From Eledone cirrhosa (taxonomy: Eukaryota), in assembly GCA_964016885.1 (NCBI GenBank), contig OZ024758.1, positions 6,820,001 through 6,884,000 on the forward strand: DNA of 64,000 bases, in the 5' to 3' direction. Positions within the stretch are counted from its first letter, which is position 1. The number at the start of each line of letters is the position of its first letter. The notes beneath the pieces are model-generated. The model had not been told where the DNA came from. It did not search any database and saw nothing but the letters and a program-made list of their open reading frames with translations. The translations under genes and the position numbers were made by a program. This document shows positions 15,001-23,955 of the stretch, piece by piece.

Positions 15001-15414
15001 CACTCACTGTAAAGTGGTCTTATAGGTACCATAGAAAAAAAGCGCCCAGCCCACACTGTAAAGTGGTCTTATAGGTACCACGGAAAAAAAGCACCCAGCA
15101 CTCACTGTAAAGTGGTCTTATAGGTACCACGGAAAAAAAGCACCCAGCCCACACTGTAAAGTGGTCTTATAGGTACCACGGATAAAAAGCACCCAGCACT
15201 CACTGTAAAGTGGTCTTATAGGTACCACGGATAAAAAGCACCCAGCACTCACTGTAAATCAAGTTGGTGTTAGGAAGGGCATCCAGCTGTAGAAATCAAG
15301 CCAAAATCAGTTCCAGTATGAGCAAGACAAGGTCACCCGACCTAACATTGCCCACAACAGGACAACCCGTCTAACCCATGCTAACGTGGAAGAATGGACG
15401 TAAAACGGTGATGA

Positions 15415-15472
<58 letters not shown>

Positions 15473-16230
15473 GCTGACTAAAATTATAACTGACCTCATT
15501 ATACAAGACTGAGACATAAGCAAGAGGAGAGTAGCTGATATCACTACAAATATATGCATCAAGGAATGAATCATTCTCAGAAATTGCTTGCTCATTCTTT
15601 CTAATGAAGTAGCAGGATTTTGAGGTCACACTCGAAGGCCATTTATTCATAACCTGAAATAGAGAGTGAAAAAATATTATATGAATATATATATATATAC
15701 ATACATATATATGCACCCAGTACACACACACACTCTCATATATATATATATATATATATATACTACATTTATGTATGTACGTATACATACTTATATTTAT
15801 ATCTTTCTCACTCCCCTATTTCTCTTTATTTCTCTCTGTTTTTCTTTACATACATTTCTTCTTTTTCTCCGTCTTTATTTGTAACTGTGATTAACACTAA
15901 ATATCTATAAACACTTCACTACCAAACCAGCCTCCTACATTAATGGTCGCTATATTTATGGCACGTCAAAATTATTTATAAAACTGGTTATATATTGTAT
16001 TTTATCTGACGAAGGCATGCCATATTTTTAATATGGTATCCCTGAAATATGTATAATGAAATAAATATGGTTTTATAAATATAGTTTCCATTTGTTTAAT
16101 ATCGTATATTTATATATATATATATATTTATGGGTAGATTTATAGAATAACGAACCGATGTAAGGGACGTAATTTGGAAAAAAAAAAAAATTTTCGAAAT
16201 GAGTGCAAATAAAGACAAACACACACACAC

Positions 16231-16273
<43 letters not shown>

Positions 16274-16307
16274 CACACACACACACACATACACACACAC
16301 ACACACA

Positions 16308-16346
<39 letters not shown>

Positions 16347-17129
16347 GATTTCTACTATAGGCACAAGACCAGTAATTTGGCGGAAGGCGAAAGTCGATTA
16401 CTGGTACTTTATTTTATCGTACTTTATTTATTGTATATTTTTGTGTATTATATTTATAAGGTTCTAGGGCGGTGGATTGGCAGTATCGGTAGAGGGTCGG
16501 ACGCCATGCTTTACAGCATAGTTACGTCCCTTTACAATCTGAGTTCAAATCCCGCCGAGGTTGACTTTGCCTTTCATCCTTACGGGGTCGATAAAATAAA
16601 GTACCAGTAATGCACTGGGTAATTGCTGGCCTTGTGCCTAAAGTAGAAACAATTATATTTATAAGGTTCTTTTTCTTCTTCGCCCACTTATTCTTGAGAG
16701 GGTCGTGGTGGCAGAGTCCTCAAACACTGCTTCCAGCGGGTCCTGTCAAAAGCAACCGTCTCCAACTGATCCAGTTAGATCACCAAGTGAGACCAGCCAA
16801 GTTCCTGGATGTTATCCAATCTAGCTCGGGGTCTACCCCTGGGTTTCCTGCCGGTTGGTTTTGACCGTAAAATCTGTATTTATAAGGTCCCTAGCAATAA
16901 TAAATTGATGACATGTATGTACTTCGATTTAATCTTATATATTTATTAAATCTTATATATTTGTTAAATGATAATTTCATAGCTGTAGAAATGACATTTA
17001 CATGACATAGTCCCGTAACTCCCAACGGAGTGGTAGGGACACCATATTGATATACTGGGTTTCTAGGGTATCTTTTTAAAACCTAACGGAGCCCATTTAT
17101 TCTCCAGGTCTGAAAACAGCAGATTTCTT

Positions 17130-17186
<57 letters not shown>

Positions 17187-18057
17187 GAGAGCAAGAGAGA
17201 GATAGAAAGAGTGAGAGTATGGAAGTGAGAAAGAGATATAGAGGAAAAACATATCTCAGTACTAAACTGGTACTTTTTTTATCGATCTCGAAAGGATGGA
17301 AGGCAAAGTTGACGTCAGCGGGATTTGAACTCGGGGAGCAGAGAACCGAAATGAATACCTTAAAGTATTCTATCCGACGTTCTAACCACTCTACCATTCT
17401 ATCCGACATTCTAACCACTCTACCATTCTATCCGACGTTCTAACCACTCTACCATTCTATCCGACATTCTAACCACTCTACCATTCTATCCGACGTTCTA
17501 ACCACTCTACCATTCTATCCGACGTTCTAACCACTCTACCATTCTATCCGACGTTCTAACCACTCTACCATTCTATCCGACATTCTAACCACTCTACCAT
17601 TCTATCCGACATTCTAACCACTCTACCATTCTATCTGACGTTCTAACCACTCTACCATTCTATCTGACGTTCTAACCACTCTACCATTCTATCCGACATT
17701 CTAACCACTCTACCATTCTATCTGACGTTCTAACCACTCTACCAATTCGCCGCCTTAGAAATGACGTTAGGTTCCAGTTTATAATGTATGATATTATCGA
17801 AAGTATTCAACAAAAGAGAGGAGACACTTTAAGCTATGAAAATGACTTACCTGTAATGCGCCGGTTGATGTTAGGGAAAAAATTAACATACGAACTTCTG
17901 GGTTATTCAAAAATCTATTTATTAAATTCGCATTGGCTTCAATAGAGTACATTTTAATAAATTTATCTGATTTAGCATGTAATGTCATTAAGACATATTT
18001 TCCTAAAGACACAACACGGTTGTCTGGAATATCAGATAATTCATCGTCCAGCGACAT
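203..18057 (-). CDS. Axonemal outer-arm dynein heavy chain, beta type (DNAH9/DNAH11/DNAH17-like), 5' part: 13 coding exons encoding the N-terminal stem (DHC_N1); gene continues beyond the left edge
   Basis: 13 exons bounded by AG/GT with consistent phases (2284 nt). Motifs typical of beta DHC tails: IETVIIEWSRQI..VL, LPFVELEFW, KLEKIVIGG..G, DHRLATI..KAFDEC, LLERPLI, MPKVSGSLKWA, LVSVNFD..LTSVLKEVKY. Confidence 0.92.
816..1074. repeat. 29-bp minisatellite, about 9 copies
   Basis: Unit CCAAAGTGAAACTGGTGTAATATTCCCCT. Confidence 0.9.
1225..1351 (-). CDS. Dynein heavy chain exon 12 (FEKSCYKKW...VSVNFDLE)
   Basis: TTTCAG| acceptor, GAG|GTAAGT donor; 127 nt, phase 2/0. Confidence 0.92.
1868..2062 (+). 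mobile_element. RTE-clade LINE apurinic endonuclease fragment
   Basis: LAGDFNGH..G...G.HGG.GYG.RNEEG.RLLEFC....L.ICNT.FKK motif. Confidence 0.8.
2532..2641 (+). mobile_element. CR1-like LINE 3' tail with (ATT)n terminus
   Basis: Matches 52168-52266 and the reverse of 4083-4170; ends in an (ATT)n microsatellite. Confidence 0.7.
2851..3170. repeat. AT-rich about 21-bp tandem repeat
   Basis: Unit TAATTGCTATATTGCTATATA. Confidence 0.9.
3267..3335 (-). CDS. Dynein heavy chain exon 11 (CVEDEDARIIYDRYENLIGRLT); not in the ORF track
   Basis: TTTCAG| acceptor, GG|GTGAGT donor; 69 nt, phase 2/2, bridges exons 10 and 12. Confidence 0.88.
3829..4058. mobile_element. TTAA-flanked (piggyBac-type) MITE; similar element at 21477-21734
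   Basis: TTAACCCTTT...AAAGGGTTAA termini. Confidence 0.55.
4083..4632 (-). mobile_element. 3' end of a CR1-like LINE, with an internal 61-bp unit tandemly repeated about 4 times (about 4258-4500)
   Basis: Minus-strand NTRGHAYKV...HFF...WNKLPA motif typical of CR1 ORF2 C-terminus; the same 3' UTR occurs at 2532-2641 and about 52090-52266. Confidence 0.75.
4545..5630. repeat. Local tandem duplication (about 4545-5010 and 5110-5550) plus about 75-80-bp units that include the exon-10 donor
   Basis: Near-identical blocks, e.g. CAACAGCATTAGTGAAGAAACCTTAAAAATATCCCCAAC twice. Confidence 0.85.
5634..5899 (-). CDS. Dynein heavy chain exon 10 (VVEMMVNLLERPLI...KSLHH)
   Basis: TTTCAG| acceptor, AG|GTAAGG donor; 266 nt, phase 0/2. 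Confidence 0.92.
5930..6125. mobile_element. Mariner-type MITE; further copies about 39948-40277 and 56451-56657
   Basis: TACGAGG..(C)GC.GA.AAGTTCATAGGCTGAC ... GTCAGCCTATGAACT.TTCAGC.AACCCT.GTA inverted termini with terminal TA. Confidence 0.75.
6138..6430. mobile_element. hAT/Charlie-like MITE with an internal about 32-bp tandem repeat (6167-6318)
   Basis: CAGGCATG.CAAA left end; GGGCCGGATGTGGCCC...GACATGC right end. Confidence 0.5.
7174..7290 (-). CDS. Dynein heavy chain exon 9 (EFMDDYNTFRKK...DGYLK)
   Basis: TTGTAG| acceptor, AAG|GTAGTA donor; 117 nt, phase 0/0. Confidence 0.92.
7360..7780 (+). mobile_element. Two head-to-tail copies of SINE family A
   Basis: Both carry the A-box, GAGTTCAAATCCCGCC B-box and core. 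Confidence 0.85.
8341..8592. repeat. Degenerate 45-55-bp tandem repeat next to the dynein exon 8 donor
   Basis: Repeated CACAAACCTGCTCAAGCAGAG.CAAAC...AAACCTCTTGGTACCCC. Confidence 0.85.
8608..8775 (-). CDS. Dynein heavy chain exon 8 (KLLETSNEFNKLEKIVIGGITG...DWNDP); not in the ORF track
   Basis: TTTCAG| acceptor, CCG|GTGAGT donor; 168 nt open, phase 0/0. Confidence 0.92.
9455..9688 (-). CDS. Dynein heavy chain exon 7 (ARAYLEPTELFKGE...HRILLLK)
   Basis: ACCAG| acceptor (weak pyrimidine tract), AAG|GTAGTT donor; 234 nt, phase 0/0. Confidence 0.9.
9741..10752. repeat. 28-bp minisatellite, about 36 copies
   Basis: Unit TACAGGGGGCTGTAACAGTAGGTAGGTA; explains the spurious 365-aa ORF. Confidence 0.97.
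11135..11346 (-). CDS. Dynein heavy chain exon 6 (LNEAEVIHSHL...ETSNLIINL)
   Basis: CTCCAG| acceptor, TTG|GTACAT donor; 212 nt, phase 1/0. Confidence 0.88.
12156..12255 (-). CDS. Dynein heavy chain exon 5 (LNTVKVKKMSDIL...DVAA)
   Basis: TGTAG| acceptor, G|GTAAGT donor; 100 nt, phase 0/1. Confidence 0.9.
12303..12580 (+). mobile_element. tRNA-derived SINE family B (representative copy). Other copies about 3476-3730, 7925-8180, 13373-13480, 13640-13780 (-), 35825-35960 (-), 37480-37610 (-), 60820-60965 (-), 63930-64000 (-)
   Basis: Head GTGGCCTAGTGGTAA.G with B-box-like GTTTGATTCC; core GTGTTCTTGAGCAAAACACTTCATTTCA. Confidence 0.8.
13127..13313 (-). CDS. Dynein heavy chain exon 4 (TQPDNQLIHCIETVIIEWSRQI...CIFEQ)
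   Basis: TTTACAG| acceptor, CAG|GTAAAA donor; 187 nt, phase 2/0; start of DHC_N1. Confidence 0.92.
13825..14006 (-). CDS. Dynein heavy chain exon 3 (VLLPIIINKANH...GKTILPIP...EKIS)
   Basis: TTTCAG| acceptor, GA|GTAAGT donor; 182 nt, phase 0/2; G.T.LP.P motif. Confidence 0.88.
14655..15418 (+). mobile_element. RTE-type LINE 3' end (GVGRPK..WDEVIK) with internal 49-bp minisatellite and (GAT)n tail; related ends at about 12625-12830 and 59425-60078
   Basis: GRP.KTW.E motif; tail TTAGGAAGGGCATCCAGC...CCCATGCTAGC.TGGAA.A.GGACGTTAAACGATGATG recurs more than 15 times in the window. Confidence 0.75.
14885..15258. repeat. 49-bp minisatellite, about 8 copies
   Basis: Unit AAAAAAAGCACCCAGCCCACACTGTAAAGTGGTCTTATAGGTACCACGG. 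Confidence 0.95.
15495..15653 (-). CDS. Dynein heavy chain exon 2 (VMNKWPSSVTSKSCYFIRK...VLYNE)
   Basis: TTTCAG| acceptor, GAG|GTCAGT donor; 159 nt, phase 0/0. Confidence 0.85.
16468..16655 (+). mobile_element. tRNA-derived SINE family A (representative copy). Other copies about 7360-7550, 7560-7780, 17255-17390, 18450-18625, 18735-18935, 21865-22225, 28835-28965, 30595-30685, 32065-32230, 34955-35112, 51455-51630, 62085-62240, 63070-63235
   Basis: A-box-like TGGCAGTATCGG, B-box GAGTTCAAATC, conserved core GACTTTGCCTTTCATCCTTACGGGGTCGATAAAATAAAGTACCAG, in many dispersed copies. Confidence 0.85.
17367..17745. repeat. 29-bp minisatellite inside a SINE head, about 13 copies
   Basis: Unit ATTCTATCCGACGTTCTAACCACTCTACC. 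Confidence 0.95.
17851..18057 (-). CDS. Dynein heavy chain coding exon 1 (MSLDDELSDIPDNRV...LTSTGALQ)
   Basis: ATG at 18057; donor CAG|GTAAGT; 207 nt, ends phase 0. TTTAG just upstream of the ATG could be an acceptor for a 5' UTR exon. Confidence 0.8.
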
Positions 18058-19243
18058 GATTGCTAAATAAATCTTTGACCGTTTCACTGGCGTTTGCTAT
18101 ATTTCACAATATAAGAACGCGTAAAATCTTCAACAGTTTTCGGGCGGAATAAAGATATTTATATATAATATAAATTTTTTATACGATACCCCAAACATTT
18201 CTTTTTAATTTTGACAGTAAAATAACAAAATAATTAGTTAATAAAGATTTTATTTTGTTTTTTCTTTTTCATAATTTTGTGTTTCATTTTCTTTCTGGAA
18301 ATGCGGCGTTTCAAACCAATTTAAAGTAACAAAAACAAAAAAAAAAAGACATTCTCTCTCCTTTCCTCTCTCCCCTTCTCTTCTCCTCTCTCCCCGTCTC
18401 TCTTATATACACATACGCCCTTTTTTCTATGTATTTTATTATAATTATTTCTACTTTTGGCACAAGGCCAGCAATAACCCAGTGTATTACTGGTACTTTA
18501 TTTTATCGACCCCGTAAGGATGAAAGGCAAAGTTAACCTCGGCGGCATTTGAACTCAGATCATACAGGGAGGTAACTCTATGCTTCAAAGCATGGCGTCC
18601 GACCATCTACCGATACTGCCAATCTTATTTTATTTTATTATTTTCGATAAAATAAAGTACCAGTAATGTACTGGTTATTTGCTAGCCTTGTGCCTAAAGT
18701 AGAAACAATTATTTTATTATAATGGTCTCTAATATAAGCAAAAGGCCAGCAATTTTGGGAAATGGAGAAAGTCAATTAAATCGAACCTAGTGCGTGACTG
18801 GTACTTTATTTTATCGACCCCGTATGGATGAAAGGCAAAGTTAATCTCGGCCGGATTTGAACTCAGATCATAAAGGGCCGTAACTCTATGCTGCAAAGCA
18901 TGGTGTCCGACCCTCTACATATACTGCCAATCCACGGGACTTCTGTGTTTTATTATACGACTAGCTGGTCCCGTACCGTCAAAAATGACGGCTAAAGGGT
19001 AGAGGTGTATTTGTATATACCTTTCAACTACGGTCGTTTTATATTCTTGATAATTCTAATGTATTTCGATATTGTTAGGGACTTGGCTCCTTGAACAACA
19101 CATACATACAAACATTCACACACACATACACAGACTCAGAGAAAATAATCAGTACATGCACACACATATGTGTGTGATTGTGTGTGTGTATTTATATATG
19201 AGTAACACAGGTGTAGCGAACACTGTTCTCTGTTTTCTATAGT

Positions 19244-20435
19244 TTGTCACAGCCCCCTTCCTTCCACACTCATCACATAGATGTGTGTATGACATTGGAT
19301 TCTATTACAACTATGGAATTTACACCTGCAATGCTGCGACGTCACCTTAAAAATAAACACAACCATGCCTCTCCTGGTCTTGATGGTGTTACGTACCTGC
19401 TTCTCAAACGTGGTGGGTACTTCCTTCTGCACCAGCTTTCACACTTCTTCCAATTCTGTCTAAACAACAGTGATACTCCGGAGCAGTGGAAAACTGCCAG
19501 TGTCATTCCTCTGTTCAAAATGTGTGACCGCACATCACCTGTCAACTATCATCCAGTCAGTCTTACTAGCTGCATTGTCAAACTGATGGAATCCTGTGTC
19601 AGAGAAACACTTTGGAACTTCTGGAACTCTCACAGTCTTATCCAGCCCTCGCAATTTGGATTTATCCCTAACTCCAGCTGCTTATCGAGTTTCTTGAAGA
19701 CATCACCCGGATCACTGATGACGGCTCATTGGTGGATGTTGTTTACCTTGACTTTGCTAAAGATTTCAATTCTGTGCCACACAAAAGACTCATGGCAAAA
19801 CTTTCTGCAATGGGTGTGAAGGATGATCTTTTTAACTGGTTGAAGTCTTTCACTCTCAGTCGAAGAGAGGTAGTCACGGTTCTAGGACAGCATTCGTCAC
19901 TGTATGAGATGTCATCTGGTATACCCTTTTGTTTGTGGCAGAGATGCCAACTTAAAGAATGCCACACTACTGAAATATGCAGATGACATCAAGCTGTACC
20001 TTGAGATAAAAAGGTCAGATGCTGAACACTATAAATCTTTCCTGCAATCTGACCTGGACACAATGCAACAATGGATCACAGACTGTCAACTCAAGCTAGC
20101 TGTGGACAAGTGTACCACCATGCATTTTGGGAGTAAAAACCCAGCGTCCACATACTCCCTCCACAACACTAATATCAAGAAGTCTTCTTGTGAACGTGAC
20201 CTGGGCATTACTGTCAGCAGCGATTTGCGTTGGACGAAGCATGTCTCTAAAATTGTCAAGAAGGCCGAGGGTGTCTTAGCATCCCTCAGCAAGACCTTTG
20301 TCAGCCGCTCTCCAGCTATCTACTCAAAGCTGTAAATAGCTATGGTGCATCACCAGTCTGGAACCCCTATCTTGCTCTGAACATTGACCTGGAAACTGTT
20401 CAGGGACGTGCAACCAAGTGAATACTCTCCATCAG
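19244..20435 (+). mobile_element. Decayed CR1/L2-clade LINE ORF2 reverse transcriptase fragment
   Basis: Three frameshifted ORFs: SPGLDG, WK.A.V.P..K, NY.PVSLTS...KLME, QFGF, DVVYLDF.K.F..VPH, YADD, ERDLG; the PQGS.LGP motif is deleted. Confidence 0.9.
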
Positions 20436-20845
20436 CTGAAAGAATCGCTGCTTTCACCCTATTACATAATTGGGTGAAAGCAACAATTCTTTTCTTAAAC
20501 TTTAATCTGTACTAATAATAAATATTTGCCATTTGGATTTATATATACTTTTTTATTATATATATATGTGAATGTATGTATAGTATATTTGGCAATATAC
20601 CGTATGTTTAATTAAAAACATTTAGAAGACCATACACTATCAGTTTTAAAGTAGTGGCTATGTCACTTACTTCTTTTTGTCAAAAGAAGGGAGAGAAGCT
20701 AACAGTCTTCACGCTGTTTGGCGATCATCAGAGCCACATATTCCCCTGCTTTCAACGAAAATTATAGAAGCGGTATATTGCCAAATATACTATACATACA
20801 TTCATGAACACCAATCTATTTCAGAGCACCAATCCTAATACCTAA

Positions 20846-21061
20846 ATCACATCTGACATGGAAGATTTAAGCAATGCTTTGTATATGGATCATGTACCAG
20901 GAGGCTGGGCTCGACGTGCATATCCATCATTATATAATCTGACTGCTTGGTATGCAGATCTAATCCAGCGTGTTAAAGAACTAGAAACCTGGGTTTCTGA
21001 TTTTCAGCTCCCAGCTGCAGCCTGGTTGGCTGGATTCTTTAATCCACAATCTTTTCTCACC
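20846..21061 (+). pseudogene. Isolated fragment of a beta-type dynein heavy chain C-terminal domain (ITSDMEDLSNALYMDHVP...WLAGFFNPQSFLT)
   Basis: 72 stop-free codons with W.RRAYPS, KELE.W and W..GFFNPQSFLT motifs of the DHC C-terminus; in-frame TAA immediately before; no splice signals at the homology edges; flanked by repeat remnants. Confidence 0.8.
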
Positions 21062-22888
21062 CCCCAAAAAACGATGGTAAAATAGGGGGAGGAGTTGGTT
21101 TATATTTGAGTATATACAGTAAATAAAACAGCAACAAAGATCAGAAAAAACATAACATTTTTTTTTTATTTGAGCAGTTTTAAAGTTCAGTGATATTTTA
21201 CATTAAATCCTCTCATTGCAAGCAAAACCATTCATATCTTCCGAAAAATTAAAATGTACAGTTTTTCACTTTTTTTGTGAAGAAAAATCATATTACACAC
21301 ACACACACATGCACAAACACACACATGCATGCACACATACACACACACAGACTGAACATAGGTACATATTTTTGGAATTGTTGAAAGCACTTAAATCTAC
21401 AACTGAAAAATTGGTTGTACTTAAAAAAATTTTGAATAATAGATATAACCCTTGCATAATTTTGAATACAGTAGTATTAACCCTTAAGGTACCAAATGCC
21501 CTGAAACTGCCGTTGCTATCATACAAAAACTGTTTGTTTATAAAATGTTTATATTTATCTAAAAACCTTCCATTATAATTTTATGTAACAAATTAAATTA
21601 TGTTTCAAACAGCAGCACAATAACAAAGTTAATATAATTAAATCTCTCACAATCCTTGATTACTTCCAAAATGATTTTTTTTTTTAAATTATAGGCAGTG
21701 TTGTCATTAGAAAATATGGCAACAAAAGGGTTAAGACAACTATCCTGGAAAGTATACCCGTAAATCCATAAATACCAAAATTAAGCAGATACAAATTTCA
21801 TGGAAAGTTGACTTAAGTTTCTAATTCTAGTTATGCAACTTAATTATGTTATATTGAATTCTAATTTAGGCACAAAGCCAGCAAATCTTGAGAGAAGGGC
21901 AAATTTGATTAAACCAACCTCAATACTCCACTGGTACTTCATTTTACCAACCCCGGAAGGATAAAAGGCAAAGTTGACCTCGGCAGGATTTGAACTCAAA
22001 CATTAAGAGCCAGAATAAATAACACAATGGCATTTTAAGTAATAAGCTGTCAATTCTGCCAATCCCCCACTCTGGTCATACTGATACTTTATTTTATCAA
22101 CCCCAGAAGGATAAAAGGCAAAGTTGACCTTGGCGGGATTTGAACTCAAAACATTAAGAGCCAGAATAAATACCACAATGGCATTTTAAACAATGGGCTA
22201 TCAATTCTGCCAATCCGCCACTCTGGTCATATTAATGATTTTCATGTAGCTCTTAAATTAGAGTGAATATAACTTTAAAAAATAAAAATTATTTTCCTTA
22301 TATTTTTTTTGTTTTCAAATATAAAACCCACTAAACAAGAGGTTTACGTGCATTCAACCATCTAGTATCAAATTAGAAAAAAAAAGTCCTCTAGTAATCA
22401 TGAAGGAAGACTCAATATATTAATATTTACATGCTAACACTGCAAAATAGCCAAACCTATACGTTTCATTTCATTAAAATAATTATCACTTGATGTAAAA
22501 GGAAAATCTGAGGAATGAGGAATCATAAACTTAATAAAATATTTCAATGTCAAGGAAATTATAAATCTTTAACCATGATTTATGTTTATCTTTATCTTTT
22601 TTAGATTCTATTCCAGTGTTCCATTAACTTTAAATTAACTCTTCATTAAACAACTACCCATCAATCATTAATTAAAATAAATGCTGTAAAATAATTAAAA
22701 AAAGAAAATTATGAATACTTTAAGCAATTGTTTTAAAATCCTAACACATAGTGATGAAAATGTAAGGGTGCAATTATTAAAACCAATTTTAGACTATAAA
22801 GAGAAGTTATACTTACATGAATCTGAAATGAGATAATGTGAACACAATTTTTAAAAACAAAAAACATGTCTTTTTTTTTTTAGTGGTA

Positions 22889-23955
22889 TCATAATTCTGT
22901 TTTGGTGTTTTGTTTATGACTATTCAATTCATCTTCTTCACTAGTTAAACCTAAATCACTTTTAATGTCTTCTGTATGAGAATGTTTTTGTAAATACTTG
23001 TTTGCTACTAAAATATTTTCAGGGTGAATGTGTGTTTGTGTTTGAGACTGTGTTTCAGGAATGTTGTCATTTTCATGTGATTTAGATTCTATTTTTTCAG
23101 AAAGTAATTTCCTATTGAGATCTTCATTTTTAACTTCACTACTATCGTCCCTATTTTGTACATCACCCCCTTCCAATTTGTCAACACTATGGTGTTTTCC
23201 TTCCTTTATTGTTACTAACCAATTGTCATCTGAATTAGCTTCATTTGGTTTATTTTTACAATTATCATTATCAAATAATTCTTCTTCCTGAGAATTTTCT
23301 TTAGATGTAGAATGTAAACCTTTTTCTTCTTTCAAATTTGTCTCAGTTTCAAGGGCATCACTTTGCCCCTGCACTTCTTTCACAATAATAAGCTCAAAAG
23401 CTAATTCATCAAGTAAGTTTTTATCCTCGGAATTTATATTTCCTGAGTCAAAATAAGCAGATTCCAAAATCTTTGCAAGAGCCCTCAAATACGGACCCTG
23501 TTGTTCAAGCTGGGGGAAATTTGTATGGTCTCTCAAAAATGTAACTAAATCAACATAGATCTTATTCAATTTTGGCTCATTATTCACCGGGTTAATTTTA
23601 GAGAGATGCAGAAAATAAAAGCTTAGCTGTTTGGTACCATCTGGGAGCAAATTGAGTTGAATTGGTTCAAAATTCATATCATTTGGCGCCGATGAACTAT
23701 CACTGAAACTTTTTATGCTAATCTCCATGTTAACATTATCAGAGCCAACTTTAATAAAATAACCACCAGATCCATCTCTAATAGACATTTTTTTATGGAT
23801 AGGGGGCATTCTGTTATTGGTTGGTTGGTACAATAAACCAGCAGATGTTGCTGGTGTTTGGAAAGTTTTCATGTACTGAAATGCCTTTTTTTGTTTGTTA
23901 GAACCTAAAGTTGATGTTTCTTTTTTGTATTCTTCTGTAGGTGTTTTACTTTGAC
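22889..23955 (-). CDS. EDEM3: EDEM3 terminal exon, about 355 codons, ends ...NTKTEL*
   Basis: TTGTAG| acceptor in phase 1; long open frame; TGA at 22891-22889; KDEL-like ER-retrieval signal as expected for EDEM3. Confidence 0.9.

Noticed and set aside
16073-16364. Cys-Val / Tyr-Ile / His-Thr repeat ORFs (also 60034-60308 and others)
   Set aside because: (CA)n/(TA)n microsatellite translations
16468-16560. tRNA-like A/B boxes as tRNA genes
   Set aside because: Heads of dispersed SINEs; no cloverleaf and always followed by the SINE core
18959-19000. ACTAGC...CCGTCA-AAAA-TGACGG hairpin suggesting a Helitron/Helentron-type terminus
   Set aside because: No matching second terminus or second copy identified with confidence
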